Origin: a virus
Taxonomy: Duplodnaviria; Caudoviricetes
Virus record (IMG/VR): IMGVR_UViG_3300030103_003525
Coordinates: 1-58,212 of that record
Length of the DNA stretch: 58,212 nucleotides
Reading direction: 5' to 3' (one strand)
Positions 1-10,112 of this stretch are shown in pieces (position 1 is the stretch's first letter; every line of letters starts with the position of its first letter). Below the pieces are notes generated by a model, which had not been told where the DNA came from, made no database searches, and saw nothing but the letters and a program-made list of their open reading frames with translations. The translations under genes and the position numbers were made by a program.

Positions 1-92
1 CTAGTATTATTAGGTCTGTGAACTAATAGTGGTACGGATGCAGATTGATTTACTTGTAAAGCAACATTAGGAGTTGAAGTTCCAATTCCTAC
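1..92. repeat. 92-bp exact direct repeat, copy 1 (other copy 57905-57996)
   Basis: ctagtattattaggtctg...ccaattcctac is identical in both places; the copies diverge at 93 (g) versus 57997 (t). Confidence 0.95.
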
Positions 93-3000
93 GTTTCCAC
101 TACTTGACTGAACAAAAAACGCAGATAAAGCATTATCTCCAACTACGTTAAAATCTACATCAAAAGCATCTTTATTTATTCTTACCTCTGAAGTTGATAT
201 ATAAACTTGATTTCTAGCAGCAGCTATTAAACTAATTTGATCGTTACCTAAAGTAGTTCCGTTTCCAAAAACTATAGCTGCTGGCCCTGACCCTGTTTCA
301 GAAAAATTAGTTATAAACTTAGTATATATTCCTCCATTAACAGAAAGCTTTGGATTTTCTATGAAGCCACTAGCTCTTTCTGATGTATGATTAACCATCA
401 CTTGACCACCACTTCCTATACGCATTTTTTCATTACTATCTGTGAAAAAGAGCAATGGATGGGCTGAATAAGTACCAATAACCGCATTAGTATTTTGAGC
501 GTATACTAATAGTGTTGCGCTGTTTGTAGTGTCAACAATTCTTAATGTCGGACTCGAAGCACTTTCTAAATGTAATAAACTACTTGGATTATTAGTACCA
601 ATTCCTAATTTACCTGCGCTAGTAAGTCGCATTTTTTCTGAACCAGCAACTTCATAGGCTTGATCGGATGCTGAATTAACCACTAATCCACCACCAGCAG
701 ATGAGAAAACAATATTGCTTGAATTATCTGTATCTGTTAAAGTAAGAGCTGGTGTAGCATTTGAAATTGTAATATCACCCTTAAAAGTTGCGGTTTTATC
801 GTGATTTAGCGTTAAAGCAGTTCCTAGTCCTGAATTAAATACTAGGTTAGAATTACTCCCTGTATCAGTATTTTTAATTGCACTCCAATTATTACTTGAG
901 CCATTTGTATCATTTTTTATTGCTAAACCAGTTCCATCTATATTTAAAGAATGTGAAGCAGTATATAATCCTGTTCCACCTAAACCAATATCTCCCGCAA
1001 AAGTTGCGTTACCACCAGAAGCTAGTGTAATTGCGTTTACAGAACCACCACCAGTTTGTAACGTCATACCCGCATCGGCAACTATTCCTGAACCACTAAA
1101 AGTAAAATTCCCAACATCAAGTGAGCCTGCAAAAGTTGCATTTTGTGATGTGTTTATTGTTAAAGCTCTTGTATTTCCAGTTTTTAATGAAAATGAATGT
1201 GATGTTGATGTTCCTAAAGACATATCAGTAGTAGCATCATCATAACTCCAATCACTTGCTACTGCACCACCACTCCTTTGCGCCCAGAAAATTGGCGCAC
1301 TATTACCTGCTGTATAAACACCATTTGCTGTTACATCTCCTGAAAAAGTTGAGTTTCCTGAACCATTTATAATTAAAGCACTTCTAGCATCAGTTTCATC
1401 TCTAATAATAAAATCATCATTACTTCCAACATATTGAATCCAACTTTGAGAGCCTGTAGTATTAGTTAATCTTAATATTGGCGCACTAGCACTAGTAATG
1501 GTAACATCTCCTGCAAAATTTGCGTTACTTAAAACAGAAAATTGCTCAGTTGCAGCTATAAAGTTAGTTGGTTCAGTTGATGAAGAAGTGCTTGTAGATT
1601 CTGGGTAAATGTTACCCCTTGATATACTTGCTGTTATAGCTAATTCTGCAAATGTACCTAGCTTTACATATAAGTCTGTACTAAGGTTGTCTACATCAAC
1701 TTGACCAAAACCTAAAACTGGACTACCTGTTTGACCACTTTTTTCAAGTTGGTAAAATATTAAATCATAGTTGTTGTCATTATTTAACTGGCCGTAAGCA
1801 TTAATTTCACTTGAAAATATACCATCGCTATAAGAATGTCCACCTACCATTTGTAGTTTAAATCTTGCAGATTGAGCAGATGTTACTCTAGCTATTTTAT
1901 ACCAATGACCGTTATTAGAAACTGTGTTTGGAACTGCCCAAGTATAAGACTTTGCAGTACCATCTGATCCTATACCTCCTGCAAAAGTTGCATTTTGTGA
2001 TGAGTCTATTGTTAGAGCAGTTGTACCACTTGTATTAACAATAAAAGTGTCATTTCCACTAAAACCAAAAAGAGTATTAGAATCTCCTACGTGAGCAATA
2101 TATTCTGGTATGTATACTCTAGCACCAAATTCTGCTGCACCAGCATCTGACATATCTAAGGTTAGAGCTGTTACCGAGCTGCCATTATCATTGCCAAAAA
2201 ACTTTATATCACCATCTTGCCTAGCAGCAACTATATGGAAATTATTTCCATTTTTTGTAAATCTGCCAAATTCAGTTCCAGCTACTTTTAGTCTAACATC
2301 ACTACCACCAGCATCTAAAATAATATCATCTGCGGAATCAATAATTATATTTTCACTAGCTGAACCTTGTATTAATAAATTATCATCTGCATCATCACCA
2401 ATGAAATGACTATCTCCAAATGTAATATCTCCTGTTACAGTAACCCCCGTGCTTGTAGTTGCAATCTTTTTAGAGTTGTTGTAATAAAGCTCTACTTGAG
2501 CATTACCTCTTGCAATTATAGCATCTTCACCACCTTGAGTATATATAAAAATATCATCAGCTGATTGCAATACTAAATCATCGCTACCTGACTTTATATA
2601 TAAATCTCCTGTTGCCCCAGATATTGATTCAACATAACTATGAGTTCCATCGTGATAAATCTGAAGGTCTTTTCCTGAACCTAAAGCTATTCTCGACTTG
2701 TCTGGCCACTTAGTAAATGCAGCTGTTGTTGCTCCACCAGAGTAAGTTGCACTACCGCCATCTACTACAAAATAATCAAATGAACCACCATTGCCATCGT
2801 CATTTGTAAAAACTATATTACCATCATTTGCTTTTTGTACTATATCAAAAGAGCCTGTGAAATTTTGTAAAGTAGTTTTAGATCCATTAAAAAACATATT
2901 AAAATTTGCTGACGTGCCAAGTTGTAATTTTTTATTGTCTGCTAAACTTACATCTCCTGCAAAAGTTGCGTTACCCGAAGTGTCTACTCTAAGTAATTGT

Positions 3001-6000
3001 AAATTTGTTCCTGACCTATCTAAATTAAAAGAATTAGTTGCTTGGTCTATGCGGAAGCCATAATGTATTGTGCTATCAGTTGGTTGTATACTTAAAGCAA
3101 CATCTCCAGCTGTATTACTTCTTGGTCTTCTTGCTTGAACATCACCATCTGAACTTATCTCAAACCTATGACCCGCTGTTCCGCCAGCTGTTGCGTCATA
3201 TACATAAAACGCACTAGCAGCGTTAGCACCTGTAGCACTACCGCCAGTACCTATTCTAAATTCTCTTGCTGCCTTAACCGCTAGTTCTGCATAACTATTA
3301 GTAACAGTTTTTTCAATCATTAAACCTCTAGTATCGCCAGATGTGCTTTTTATGTGAAGCTGTAGCGAGGGAGAGGTAGTACCAATTCCTAATCTACCTG
3401 CGCTAGTAACAGTAAGAACTGTTGATCCAGCGTTTTGAACAGCTATTCCTTCGCTATTTATACTATTTAATATTATCTTACCCGTTGTGTCAGTGTTTAT
3501 TTCTGATCTAGTTCCGTTGTTTGCTCTATTTAAAATAAGCTTGTTTCCAGATAGAAGTCTAATATCACCATCAACTGTTACGCGATCAAAAGGATTATTA
3601 GTTCCAATTCCTAACCTATTATTAGTGTTATCCCAATAAAGATTAGCACTACTACTTATTGAATTTGTTCCATCCCAAAATGCTACCCTAGTAGCAACAC
3701 CACTTCCATTTACTCCAAGAGTTCTTTCTATTACATTACCTGAAGAGTCAACAGCTAGTGCTTTTACTGGAGTTCCTGTTACTGTACCACTTCCGTAAGC
3801 ACTTAACTTTAATGCTCCAGAAGAAGATATACGCATTTTTTCTGTTCCTGCGCCAGTAGAACCTGCACTACCTGTATGAAATCTTATATTAGTGGCAGGC
3901 TCTCCAAGACCTGTTCCTCCACCTAAATAAAGTTGATTTTCTCCATTTACTCCATCATACAAAATTGCGGTTGCTTTGTTTCCAGTATAAGCACCGCCCA
4001 TAAACCTCAAGCTAGAATTTGTATTAGAACTAGAACTTGAACGACCAGTAATTAATCCATTTGTATTTATAACTTCAACTTCTCCTGAAAAAGTTGCATT
4101 ATTATTTCCATCTAATCTTAATGCTGTTGAAGCACCACTACCATCATATGTTTGAAATGATAAACTATAATTATTAACTAAACCTTCTATAATACGCGCA
4201 TCTCCGTTTGCCCAATCAAGCATACCACCTGAAGGAAGATCAAACTCTGGAGCAGAAACATTTCCTGAAAAAGTTGCATTTTGTGATGAGTCTAATAATA
4301 ATGCTCTTGTTAATGCTGATCCTGTTTCTGTAAAAAATCCTAAACTGCTTATTGCACCACTGCCTCGTAATGCTTGTATTCTTGCCATAAACCTATTGGC
4401 AGTGTCATTAGAACTTGATTTAAAATCAATATTGTAACCTCCACCGTTATCAATATTATCGTTATCAAAAAGAAGCTGAGTAGTGGGAGAAGTTTGAGAT
4501 CCTGATTCGTGTGATATTGTTACAGTCCCACTAACTTCCAACTTAGCAGTAGGGTTAGTATTTCCAATACCCACATCACCTCCATTAAAGTAACTATCTC
4601 CAGCAGTAGATATTTGTACTTGTGCTTGCTCTCCATTAGAGTACATCTTATAAACAGCATTATCACTACTGTCTATCTCCATCTTAAAAGATAAAGTGTC
4701 ATCAGTATCTTCTTTTATGATAAAAGCATTTGAGTTTGTAGCTGAATGTATTTCAAGTTTTGCAGCAGGATTATTAGTGCCAATTCCTACGTTGCCGTCA
4801 CTTTTAATACGCATTTTTTCTGAACGTGTCCCATTGTGGCGTGTACTAAAAACTAAGTTTCCAGAACTAACATTACTTGTTTGAACTACACCTATAGAAG
4901 CCTCTGCTGTTGTCTGTCCACTATAACCTGTTACACTAAATCTAATATTAGCAAACTGATTACTTCCACTAGTGTTTTTCTTTTCTATTCTAAAAGTTTT
5001 TTGATATGCAGATGCATCATAAACTACGCTAGAATCATCTTTAACAACAAGTTTAGAATCAACCGAAGATCCTGTACCAATTCCTACGTTACGACTACTA
5101 TTAATACGCATTGCTTCGCCACCATTTGTTTCAAATAGAATATTTTTATTTGCGTCTTCTGCATATAATTTTAAGTCTCCATCTGTTTTTATTGTAGCTG
5201 TTCCCGTACCTACATTTCTAAAAAGAATTTCTTTAGATCCATTAGCTGCGCTATCTAGCCTTAAAGTATTTCCTGTACCAAATATTTCTAATGGCGCACC
5301 CGGCACGTCAGTCCCTATACCTAACCTATCATTAGTGTTGTCCCAATAAAGATTTGCGTTGCTTGATAATGCTGAAGTGCTTGACCAAAAAGCAACTCTT
5401 GTAGCTACACCTGTTCCAGTTACAGTTCCAGATCCACCACCAGAACCTTCTATGATATTACCTGAAGAATCTACTTGTAACGTATATGCGGCTGTGCCTG
5501 TATGCGTTCCGGATCCATAAGAATTTAACTGAACTTTACCACCAGATTTAATACGCATTCTTTCTGAACCAGCAGTAGAAAAACCTATCTCATCTGTTGC
5601 TGGATGAAAAAATCCTGTGTCTGTATTTCCTTCGAATATTATAGATGGAGCAGCAGCATTTCCTCCTCCTGTATTAACTGTTCCTGAAACAGTAACACCT
5701 GTGCTTGTTGTTTCAATCTTATTTACATTATTATGTCTAAGATTAACTCCACCATCACCTACGGCTTGTATTGCTAATTCAGTGCCTTGAACATAAAGTA
5801 AAAAGTCATCAGCGGATTTTAGTATTAAATCATCTCCAGTATTGCTAATTGTAAAGTCTCCATTAGTATTAGTGATATAGCTGTCAGTAGAATCGTGAGA
5901 TATACTGAGATCATTATCAGCACCAAATGTTACTCTTTTATTATCTGCTAAACCTACGTTTCCTGCGAAAGTTGCTGTTGTGGGCGTTAATGAAAATTGC

Positions 6001-7586
6001 TCACCACTTACTGAACCTGAAGGAAACATTCTTATGGTAGTTCCAACTGCCGCTAGTGTGGGTTTACCAGCACTATATCCACCGTCCCAGCCAATGTCAT
6101 TATTGTTAGGTAAAAGAATACCTCCTGTTACTGTAACTCCCGCACTTGTAGTTTCAAACTTTTTAGAATTGTTATGAAAAAACTCTACAGCCCCACCATT
6201 ATTAGCATTAATGAATTGACCACTCCCATCTGCATTTGCTAAACGTAAATTGTTAGCTCTTATGTATAAATCTCCTGTTCCTGCATCGTCTATATAACTA
6301 TTAGAACCATCGTGATAAATCTGTAAATCAGACCCTACTCCAAAAACAGCTTTACCCGTTGTAGCAGAGCTTGAGTCTCCAAGATATAAGCTTGCAGAAT
6401 TACCAATATTAATATCTCCACTTGTGGTTAAAACATTTCCAGCAAATGTGATTGGTGTGTTACCTAGTGTTGAAGATACACCAGATCCTTGCCATCCAGC
6501 TACCGTGCCTCCTGTACCTGTACCCGTATGTAAAGCAACAGTTTCATTCTTCCATTTACTACTAGCTGAATCGTAAACAAGGAATTGATTGTCAGCTATA
6601 GATGTTATAGTTACATCATCAATATTATTAACTCCTAAAACGACAGTACCGGTTAATCCATTTACTGAAGTAACAGCATCTGTAGAGTCAGACTTTTGCC
6701 AAACAGCACCATCATATATACATAGATCTCCTATTTCAAAAGATATACTTCCACTACCTAAGTTTTGAGTACCCGCAACACTTACACGATATACATCTCC
6801 TGATGTTCCTGTGCCATCAGCAAGGGTTGGAGTATTAGTACTTGCGTTCCACGTTCCTAAGTAAAGAAATACGCTAGATGGTAATTGTGAAGTTGGAATT
6901 TTACCACCACCATCAAGAGTAGCAACACCATTAGCAGCGGCTCTTTGACTAAGAGGAATAAATCTTCCATCTATATCTACAGTTATAGTATTTGTATCTC
7001 TTTTAGTAAGAGTAATAACTCCGTTTGCTGTATCAAAAGCAGCAGAGGTAATAGTCTCATTATATGCTGCCGTCCAAGTAGCTTGAGTGGCATCTGTAGG
7101 TAGACTGTAACCAGTATCAAATCCTAAAGCTAGTGTTCCTGATGTTGTTACTGGATTACCACTTATATCAAAACCCGTAGGAACAGACATATTTACACTA
7201 GTAACAGTTCCAGTTGTAGAGTTTATAGTTATAGTATCTGTAGTAGCATTTGTAGTTATAGTTACTCCAGTTCCTCCAACGAAGGTAAGTGAGTTCGTTA
7301 ATGAAGAGGCGACAACGTCTGTTTGGCCAGAGACGATAAGTCGATTAAATATACCTACAGTTCTATTCTCCCATTGATCTTCTTGAGAGTTATATACTAT
7401 TAACTGATTATCTAAAGGGTTTGTTATAGATGGAGAAAATACATCATCAACAGTGCTACCACCTACAGACCCACGTATCTTAGCGAGTAAGGTGAAATAA
7501 GTAACTGTTTTATTTTTCTTTGTGCTTGGATCAAATAATGTAAACTGATCCTCTGGAGCTATTCTAAAATCTACTTGTACGGCCAT
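1..7586 (-). CDS. Giant modular tail fibre, N-terminal part (runs off the left edge; absent from the ORF track)
   Basis: ATG at 7586 gives MAVQVDFRIAPEDQFTLFDPSTKKNK... and the same frame reads ...VHRPNNTS at position 1, identical to part of ORF 55120..58158. Gly/Ser/Thr/Asn-rich with repeated GIGT, NATF(A/S)G, DLQIYHDG and TRVAFW..LYWDNTN motifs. I did not check every codon; the lack of any minus-strand ORF call here fits one uninterrupted frame. Confidence 0.85.
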   Translation of the reverse strand, partial: MAVQVDFRIAPEDQFTLFDPSTKKNKTVTYFTLLAKIRGSVGGSTVDDVFSPSITNPLDNQLIVYNSQEDQWENRTVGIFNRLIVSGQTDVVASSLTNSLTFVGGTGVTITTNATTDTITINSTTGTVTSVNMSVPTGFDISGNPVTTSGTLALGFDTGYSLPTDATQATWTAAYNETITSAAFDTANGVITLTKRDTNTITVDIDGRFIPLSQRAAANGVATLDGGGKIPTSQLPSSVFLYLGTWNASTNTPTLADGTGTSGDVYRVSVAGTQNLGSGSISFEIGDLCIYDGAVWQKSDSTDAVTSVNGLTGTVVLGVNNIDDVTITSIADNQFLVYDSASSKWKNETVALHTGTGTGGTVAGWQGSGVSSTLGNTPITFAGNVLTTSGDINIGNSASLYLGDSSSATTGKAVFGVGSDLQIYHDGSNSYIDDAGTGDLYIRANNLRLANADGSGQFINANNGGAVEFFHNNSKKFETTSAGVTVTGGILLPNNNDIGWDGGYSAGKPTLAAVGTTIRMFPSGSVSGEQFSLTPTTATFAGNVGLADNKRVTFGADNDLSISHDSTDSYITNTNGDFTISNTGDDLILKSADDFLLYVQGTELAIQAVGDGGVNLRHNNVNKIETTSTGVTVSGTVNTGGGNAAAPSIIFEGNTDTGFFHPATDEIGFSTAGSERMRIKSGGKVQLNSYGSGTHTGTAAYTLQVDSSGNIIEGSGGGSGTVTGTGVATRVAFWSSTSALSSNANLYWDNTNDRLGIGTDVPGAPLEIFGTGNTLRLDSAANGSKEILFRNVGTGTATIKTDGDLKLYAEDANKNILFETNGGEAMRINSSRNVGIGTGSSVDSKLVVKDDSSVVYDASAYQKTFRIEKKNTSGSNQFANIRFSVTGYSGQTTAEASIGVVQTSNVSSGNLVFSTRHNGTRSEKMRIKSDGNVGIGTNNPAAKLEIHSATNSNAFIIKEDTDDTLSFKMEIDSSDNAVYKMYSNGEQAQVQISTAGDSYFNGGDVGIGNTNPTAKLEVSGTVTISHESGSQTSPTTQLLFDNDNIDNGGGYNIDFKSSSNDTANRFMARIQALRGSGAISSLGFFTETGSALTRALLLDSSQNATFSGNVSAPEFDLPSGGMLDWANGDARIIEGLVNNYSLSFQTYDGSGASTALRLDGNNNATFSGEVEVINTNGLITGRSSSSSNTNSSLRFMGGAYTGNKATAILYDGVNGENQLYLGGGTGLGEPATNIRFHTGSAGSTGAGTEKMRISSSGALKLSAYGSGTVTGTPVKALAVDSSGNVIERTLGVNGSGVATRVAFWDGTNSISSSANLYWDNTNNRLGIGTNNPFDRVTVDGDIRLLSGNKLILNRANNGTRSEINTDTTGKIILNSINSEGIAVQNAGSTVLTVTSAGRLGIGTTSPSLQLHIKSTSGDTRGLMIEKTVTNSYAELAVKAAREFRIGTGGSATGANAASAFYVYDATAGGTAGHRFEISSDGDVQARRPRSNTAGDVALSIQPTDSTIHYGFRIDQATNSFNLDRSGTNLQLLRVDTSGNATFAGDVSLADNKKLQLGTSANFNMFFNGSKTTLQNFTGSFDIVQKANDGNIVFTNDDGNGGSFDYFVVDGGSATYSGGATTAAFTKWPDKSRIALGSGKDLQIYHDGTHSYVESISGATGDLYIKSGSDDLVLQSADDIFIYTQGGEDAIIARGNAQVELYYNNSKKIATTSTGVTVTGDITFGDSHFIGDDADDNLLIQGSASENIIIDSADDIILDAGGSDVRLKVAGTEFGRFTKNGNNFHIVAARQDGDIKFFGNDNGSSVTALTLDMSDAGAAEFGARVYIPEYIAHVGDSNTLFGFSGNDTFIVNTSGTTALTIDSSQNATFAGGIGSDGTAKSYTWAVPNTVSNNGHWYKIARVTSAQSARFKLQMVGGHSYSDGIFSSEINAYGQLNNDNNYDLIFYQLEKSGQTGSPVLGFGQVDVDNLSTDLYVKLGTFAELAITASISRGNIYPESTSTSSSTEPTNFIAATEQFSVLSNANFAGDVTITSASAPILRLTNTTGSQSWIQYVGSNDDFIIRDETDARSALIINGSGNSTFSGDVTANGVYTAGNSAPIFWAQRSGGAVASDWSYDDATTDMSLGTSTSHSFSLKTGNTRALTINTSQNATFAGSLDVGNFTFSGSGIVADAGMTLQTGGGSVNAITLASGGNATFAGDIGLGGTGLYTASHSLNIDGTGLAIKNDTNGSSNNWSAIKNTDTGSNSNLVFNSGLGTALTLNHDKTATFKGDITISNATPALTLTDTDNSSNIVFSSAGGGLVVNSASDQAYEVAGSEKMRLTSAGKLGIGTNNPSSLLHLESASSPTLRIVDTTNSATLLVYAQNTNAVIGTYSAHPLLFFTDSNEKMRIGSGGQVMVNHTSERASGFIENPKLSVNGGIYTKFITNFSETGSGPAAIVFGNGTTLGNDQISLIAAARNQVYISTSEVRINKDAFDVDFNVVGDNALSAFFVQSSSGNVGIGTSTPNVALQVNQSASVPLLVHRPNNT

Positions 7587-7590
7587 AGCA

Positions 7591-7598
7591 CAAATTTA
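7591..7598 (-). promoter_or_regulatory. Bacteroidota-type -7 promoter element TAAATTTG, 4 nt before the tail fibre ATG
   Basis: Minus strand reads TAAATTTG-TGCT-ATG, matching TAnnTTTG. Confidence 0.65.
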
Positions 7599-7628
7599 CA
7601 AAAAGAAAGGGGGCGGGTTACCTTCGCC
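7599..7628 (-). terminator. Possible intrinsic terminator after the portal gene
   Basis: GGCG-aaggtaacc-CGCC followed by CCCTTTCTTTTT on the minus strand; weak stem. Confidence 0.4.
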
Positions 7629-10075
7629 TATTGCTGTTCTTCATTGAGAAGAACGTCTACAATATTCTCTTCATCCTCAAGCTCAGACCTTTCTCCTTTT
7701 CTTTGGGAGATTAACTTGCTTTGCTGAACAGCTTGCTTTTTGACACGCTCGTCTTTGCGGTCTTCTTTCTCGCTTTCTAAGGTTTGTTTAACGCCAGACT
7801 CTATCCTTTGCTCGGCAATACCGAAGTTACCTTTTAAGTTTTCAAGCTGCATCTTTAACTCATACTCCAATTGCATAAGTTGAGCTTTTGCCTGAGTCTC
7901 TATCTGTATTCTTTGAGCGTCAATCTGAGCTTTCATCTGCTCCTCTTGCATTTTTCCTTGAGAGCTAGCCATCGCTGTTTGCTGATTCATCTGTGCTTGC
8001 ATCTGAGAATTCATAGCAGCAGTTTCTTGTTGCTGTTTAATCCTCTTTTTTCTACGAACAACTAGTAGTCTTTCCGCTTGGTCAATATCTCTTAGTTGCC
8101 TAATTGCAATTGCGTCTTCTAAGTCAATCTCTTTCTGAGCTAAAGCTACTTGAATATTTTGCTCTAAGTAAGCCTTGTCTACATCATTCATATCACTAAC
8201 GACACGAACACCAAAATTATACATAGGTAGCTTAGAGAAAGAACTAAGAACACTCATATTCTCTTTACCTATAGCCTTTTCATACGCTTGATACAATATA
8301 GTCTTAGGAGGAATTATTTGTAAGCATTTAACTATATCTTCGCAAACCCTTCTGTATAAAACTAAAGAGGCGTTTGTTATATCATATAAAGCATTATTTC
8401 CTGCCGCTAATTGCTGTTGTCTAACACCTACTAGCTGATCTCCCTTTGGAGATGTGCCATCCATAACCTCATTGATACCCGTAGCATCACGAATCATCCT
8501 TAAATAATGATTGTATAAAGCTATAAGCTCATTGATATTTCTGATGGTATTGTCTAAAGGACGAACGGGTGGGTTTTGAAATCCTCCTTCCGGGTTCTTA
8601 CTCCTATAGTAGAAGACACCTGTCTGTTCGTAGATGTCTTGAATATCTAGTGGTTGCAACTCTCCTCCCCGACCTAATTGGACATTTTCTAGTCCTTCGA
8701 TATCGACAAGAAGACCGTCTGGCTTTGCCTTAGCAATTGCTTGCTGAATCTTGAGGTGAGACAATTGTAGCTGATCTGCGAATCCTATTACTCCAGAAAC
8801 TATGGATTTAGGGATCATTCTTCGGATGTTTGTTGCAATCGCACTATAGCTCATACGTGTACGGCTTAGGTCGTGTACATTCTTTGGTACATTCTTTTTT
8901 AAGCCATAATTATATATGTGTTCTGTTCCTATGATAAAGCAACCACCATATAGCGTAGAGTTCTGCATATAAACAGCCTCTCTATCATAAACACTATTTG
9001 TTGGTGCTGAGTACTTATTTCCTTTATGGTAAAAACCAATATTTCCATAAGCAGATTCTTTCTTTTCGAATATAACATTGTCTACACTCACGAACTCAAA
9101 GTCCATAACCTGTATAGTGTACTCGTCATATCCATAGTTATATCTATCAAGGTTACCATCGTATGTTGAAGAGCCTATTATGTTAGGGTTATTACCATAT
9201 CGGTTCATAACCGTCTTAGCCATATTCTTATACTGCTCTTCTGTAAACTGATTTCCAGCGACTCTCTTCAACTCAGATATAGACATCCTTTCAATATGTC
9301 CAGCATAAACGATATCAGAGAAGTTAGGATCGTCAGTATAGCTATGAATAAAGTAAGCGGGATCTACATACTTAGTTACAATTCCATAGTTAGGGTCATT
9401 CTCTCTCTTGACAACAGCCATACCTACATTAACTAAATCTTCTACATTCCTTCTGTAGATACGCTCATCAAAATCATTCCAAGAAAGAGTTAGGTTAATG
9501 CCTATCTGTGATGCGACTTCAGCAGCAGTTTTTAGGTTAGACTCTAGGAATATCTCTACCTCCTCTGGCGTTTCGGGAAGTTGTGATGGGTCTACTCTTA
9601 CTTTTAATCCAGAAGCTTTTGCTTCTTCAATGCTTTCTCTTTCTTCAACTCGAATCTTAATTTTATTTTTCTCAATGTCTTTTTCACTCCTAGATAAAGG
9701 GTCTATAGCCTCTACATTAGGATACATCTTAGAAGAAAGAATTTTATTTACTACAATTTTTACAAACTTAGGAACGATTGGCACTGGAGTCCAATCTAGT
9801 GACAGCATAGATCCATCACCGTTATTCGGGTCTAAAGAAGACAGTATTTGTTTATATATTGAGGTATCTTGAGTCCCGTTTGCATAATCCCTTGACACTT
9901 CAAATTCCCTCCACCTTTTGGAGTATAGAGAGCCATCAATATCTACGCCCCCCCATTGAGAGTATATTGCTTTAGCATACTGTAACCCATATTGCTTTGT
10001 TAGCTTTTTGGGCTGCTCCGCTAACGGATCAGGAAAAATAGACTCATAATTTGATGAGCTTCCAGTGTAATTCAT
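7628..10075 (-). CDS. Portal protein
   Basis: 815 aa directly downstream of the terminase; LDWTPVPIVPKFVKIVVN and MIRDATGINE motifs and a Gln-rich coiled-coil C-terminus, as in crAss-like/Flavobacteria phage portals. Confidence 0.85.
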   Translation of the reverse strand: MNYTGSSSNYESIFPDPLAEQPKKLTKQYGLQYAKAIYSQWGGVDIDGSLYSKRWREFEVSRDYANGTQDTSIYKQILSSLDPNNGDGSMLSLDWTPVPIVPKFVKIVVNKILSSKMYPNVEAIDPLSRSEKDIEKNKIKIRVEERESIEEAKASGLKVRVDPSQLPETPEEVEIFLESNLKTAAEVASQIGINLTLSWNDFDERIYRRNVEDLVNVGMAVVKRENDPNYGIVTKYVDPAYFIHSYTDDPNFSDIVYAGHIERMSISELKRVAGNQFTEEQYKNMAKTVMNRYGNNPNIIGSSTYDGNLDRYNYGYDEYTIQVMDFEFVSVDNVIFEKKESAYGNIGFYHKGNKYSAPTNSVYDREAVYMQNSTLYGGCFIIGTEHIYNYGLKKNVPKNVHDLSRTRMSYSAIATNIRRMIPKSIVSGVIGFADQLQLSHLKIQQAIAKAKPDGLLVDIEGLENVQLGRGGELQPLDIQDIYEQTGVFYYRSKNPEGGFQNPPVRPLDNTIRNINELIALYNHYLRMIRDATGINEVMDGTSPKGDQLVGVRQQQLAAGNNALYDITNASLVLYRRVCEDIVKCLQIIPPKTILYQAYEKAIGKENMSVLSSFSKLPMYNFGVRVVSDMNDVDKAYLEQNIQVALAQKEIDLEDAIAIRQLRDIDQAERLLVVRRKKRIKQQQETAAMNSQMQAQMNQQTAMASSQGKMQEEQMKAQIDAQRIQIETQAKAQLMQLEYELKMQLENLKGNFGIAEQRIESGVKQTLESEKEDRKDERVKKQAVQQSKLISQRKGERSELEDEENIVDVLLNEEQQ

Positions 10076-10094
10076 TTAGTAAATGCTTTGTGTA

Positions 10095-10102
10095 CAAAGA
10101 TA
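10095..10102 (-). promoter_or_regulatory. -7 promoter element TATCTTTG upstream of the portal gene
   Basis: TAnnTTTG in the short intergenic gap, 19 nt before the ATG. Confidence 0.6.
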
Positions 10103-10112
10103 CAGATAAGAA

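Noticed and set aside
1-92. End repeat as a biological direct terminal repeat
   Set aside because: It lies inside a coding gene, and the right copy is followed by 216 further bases; better explained by assembly overlap or a module repeat.
2110-6177. Plus-strand ORFs of 62-99 aa in the first 6 kb
   Set aside because: Antisense shadows of the tail fibre frame, with no motifs or start context.
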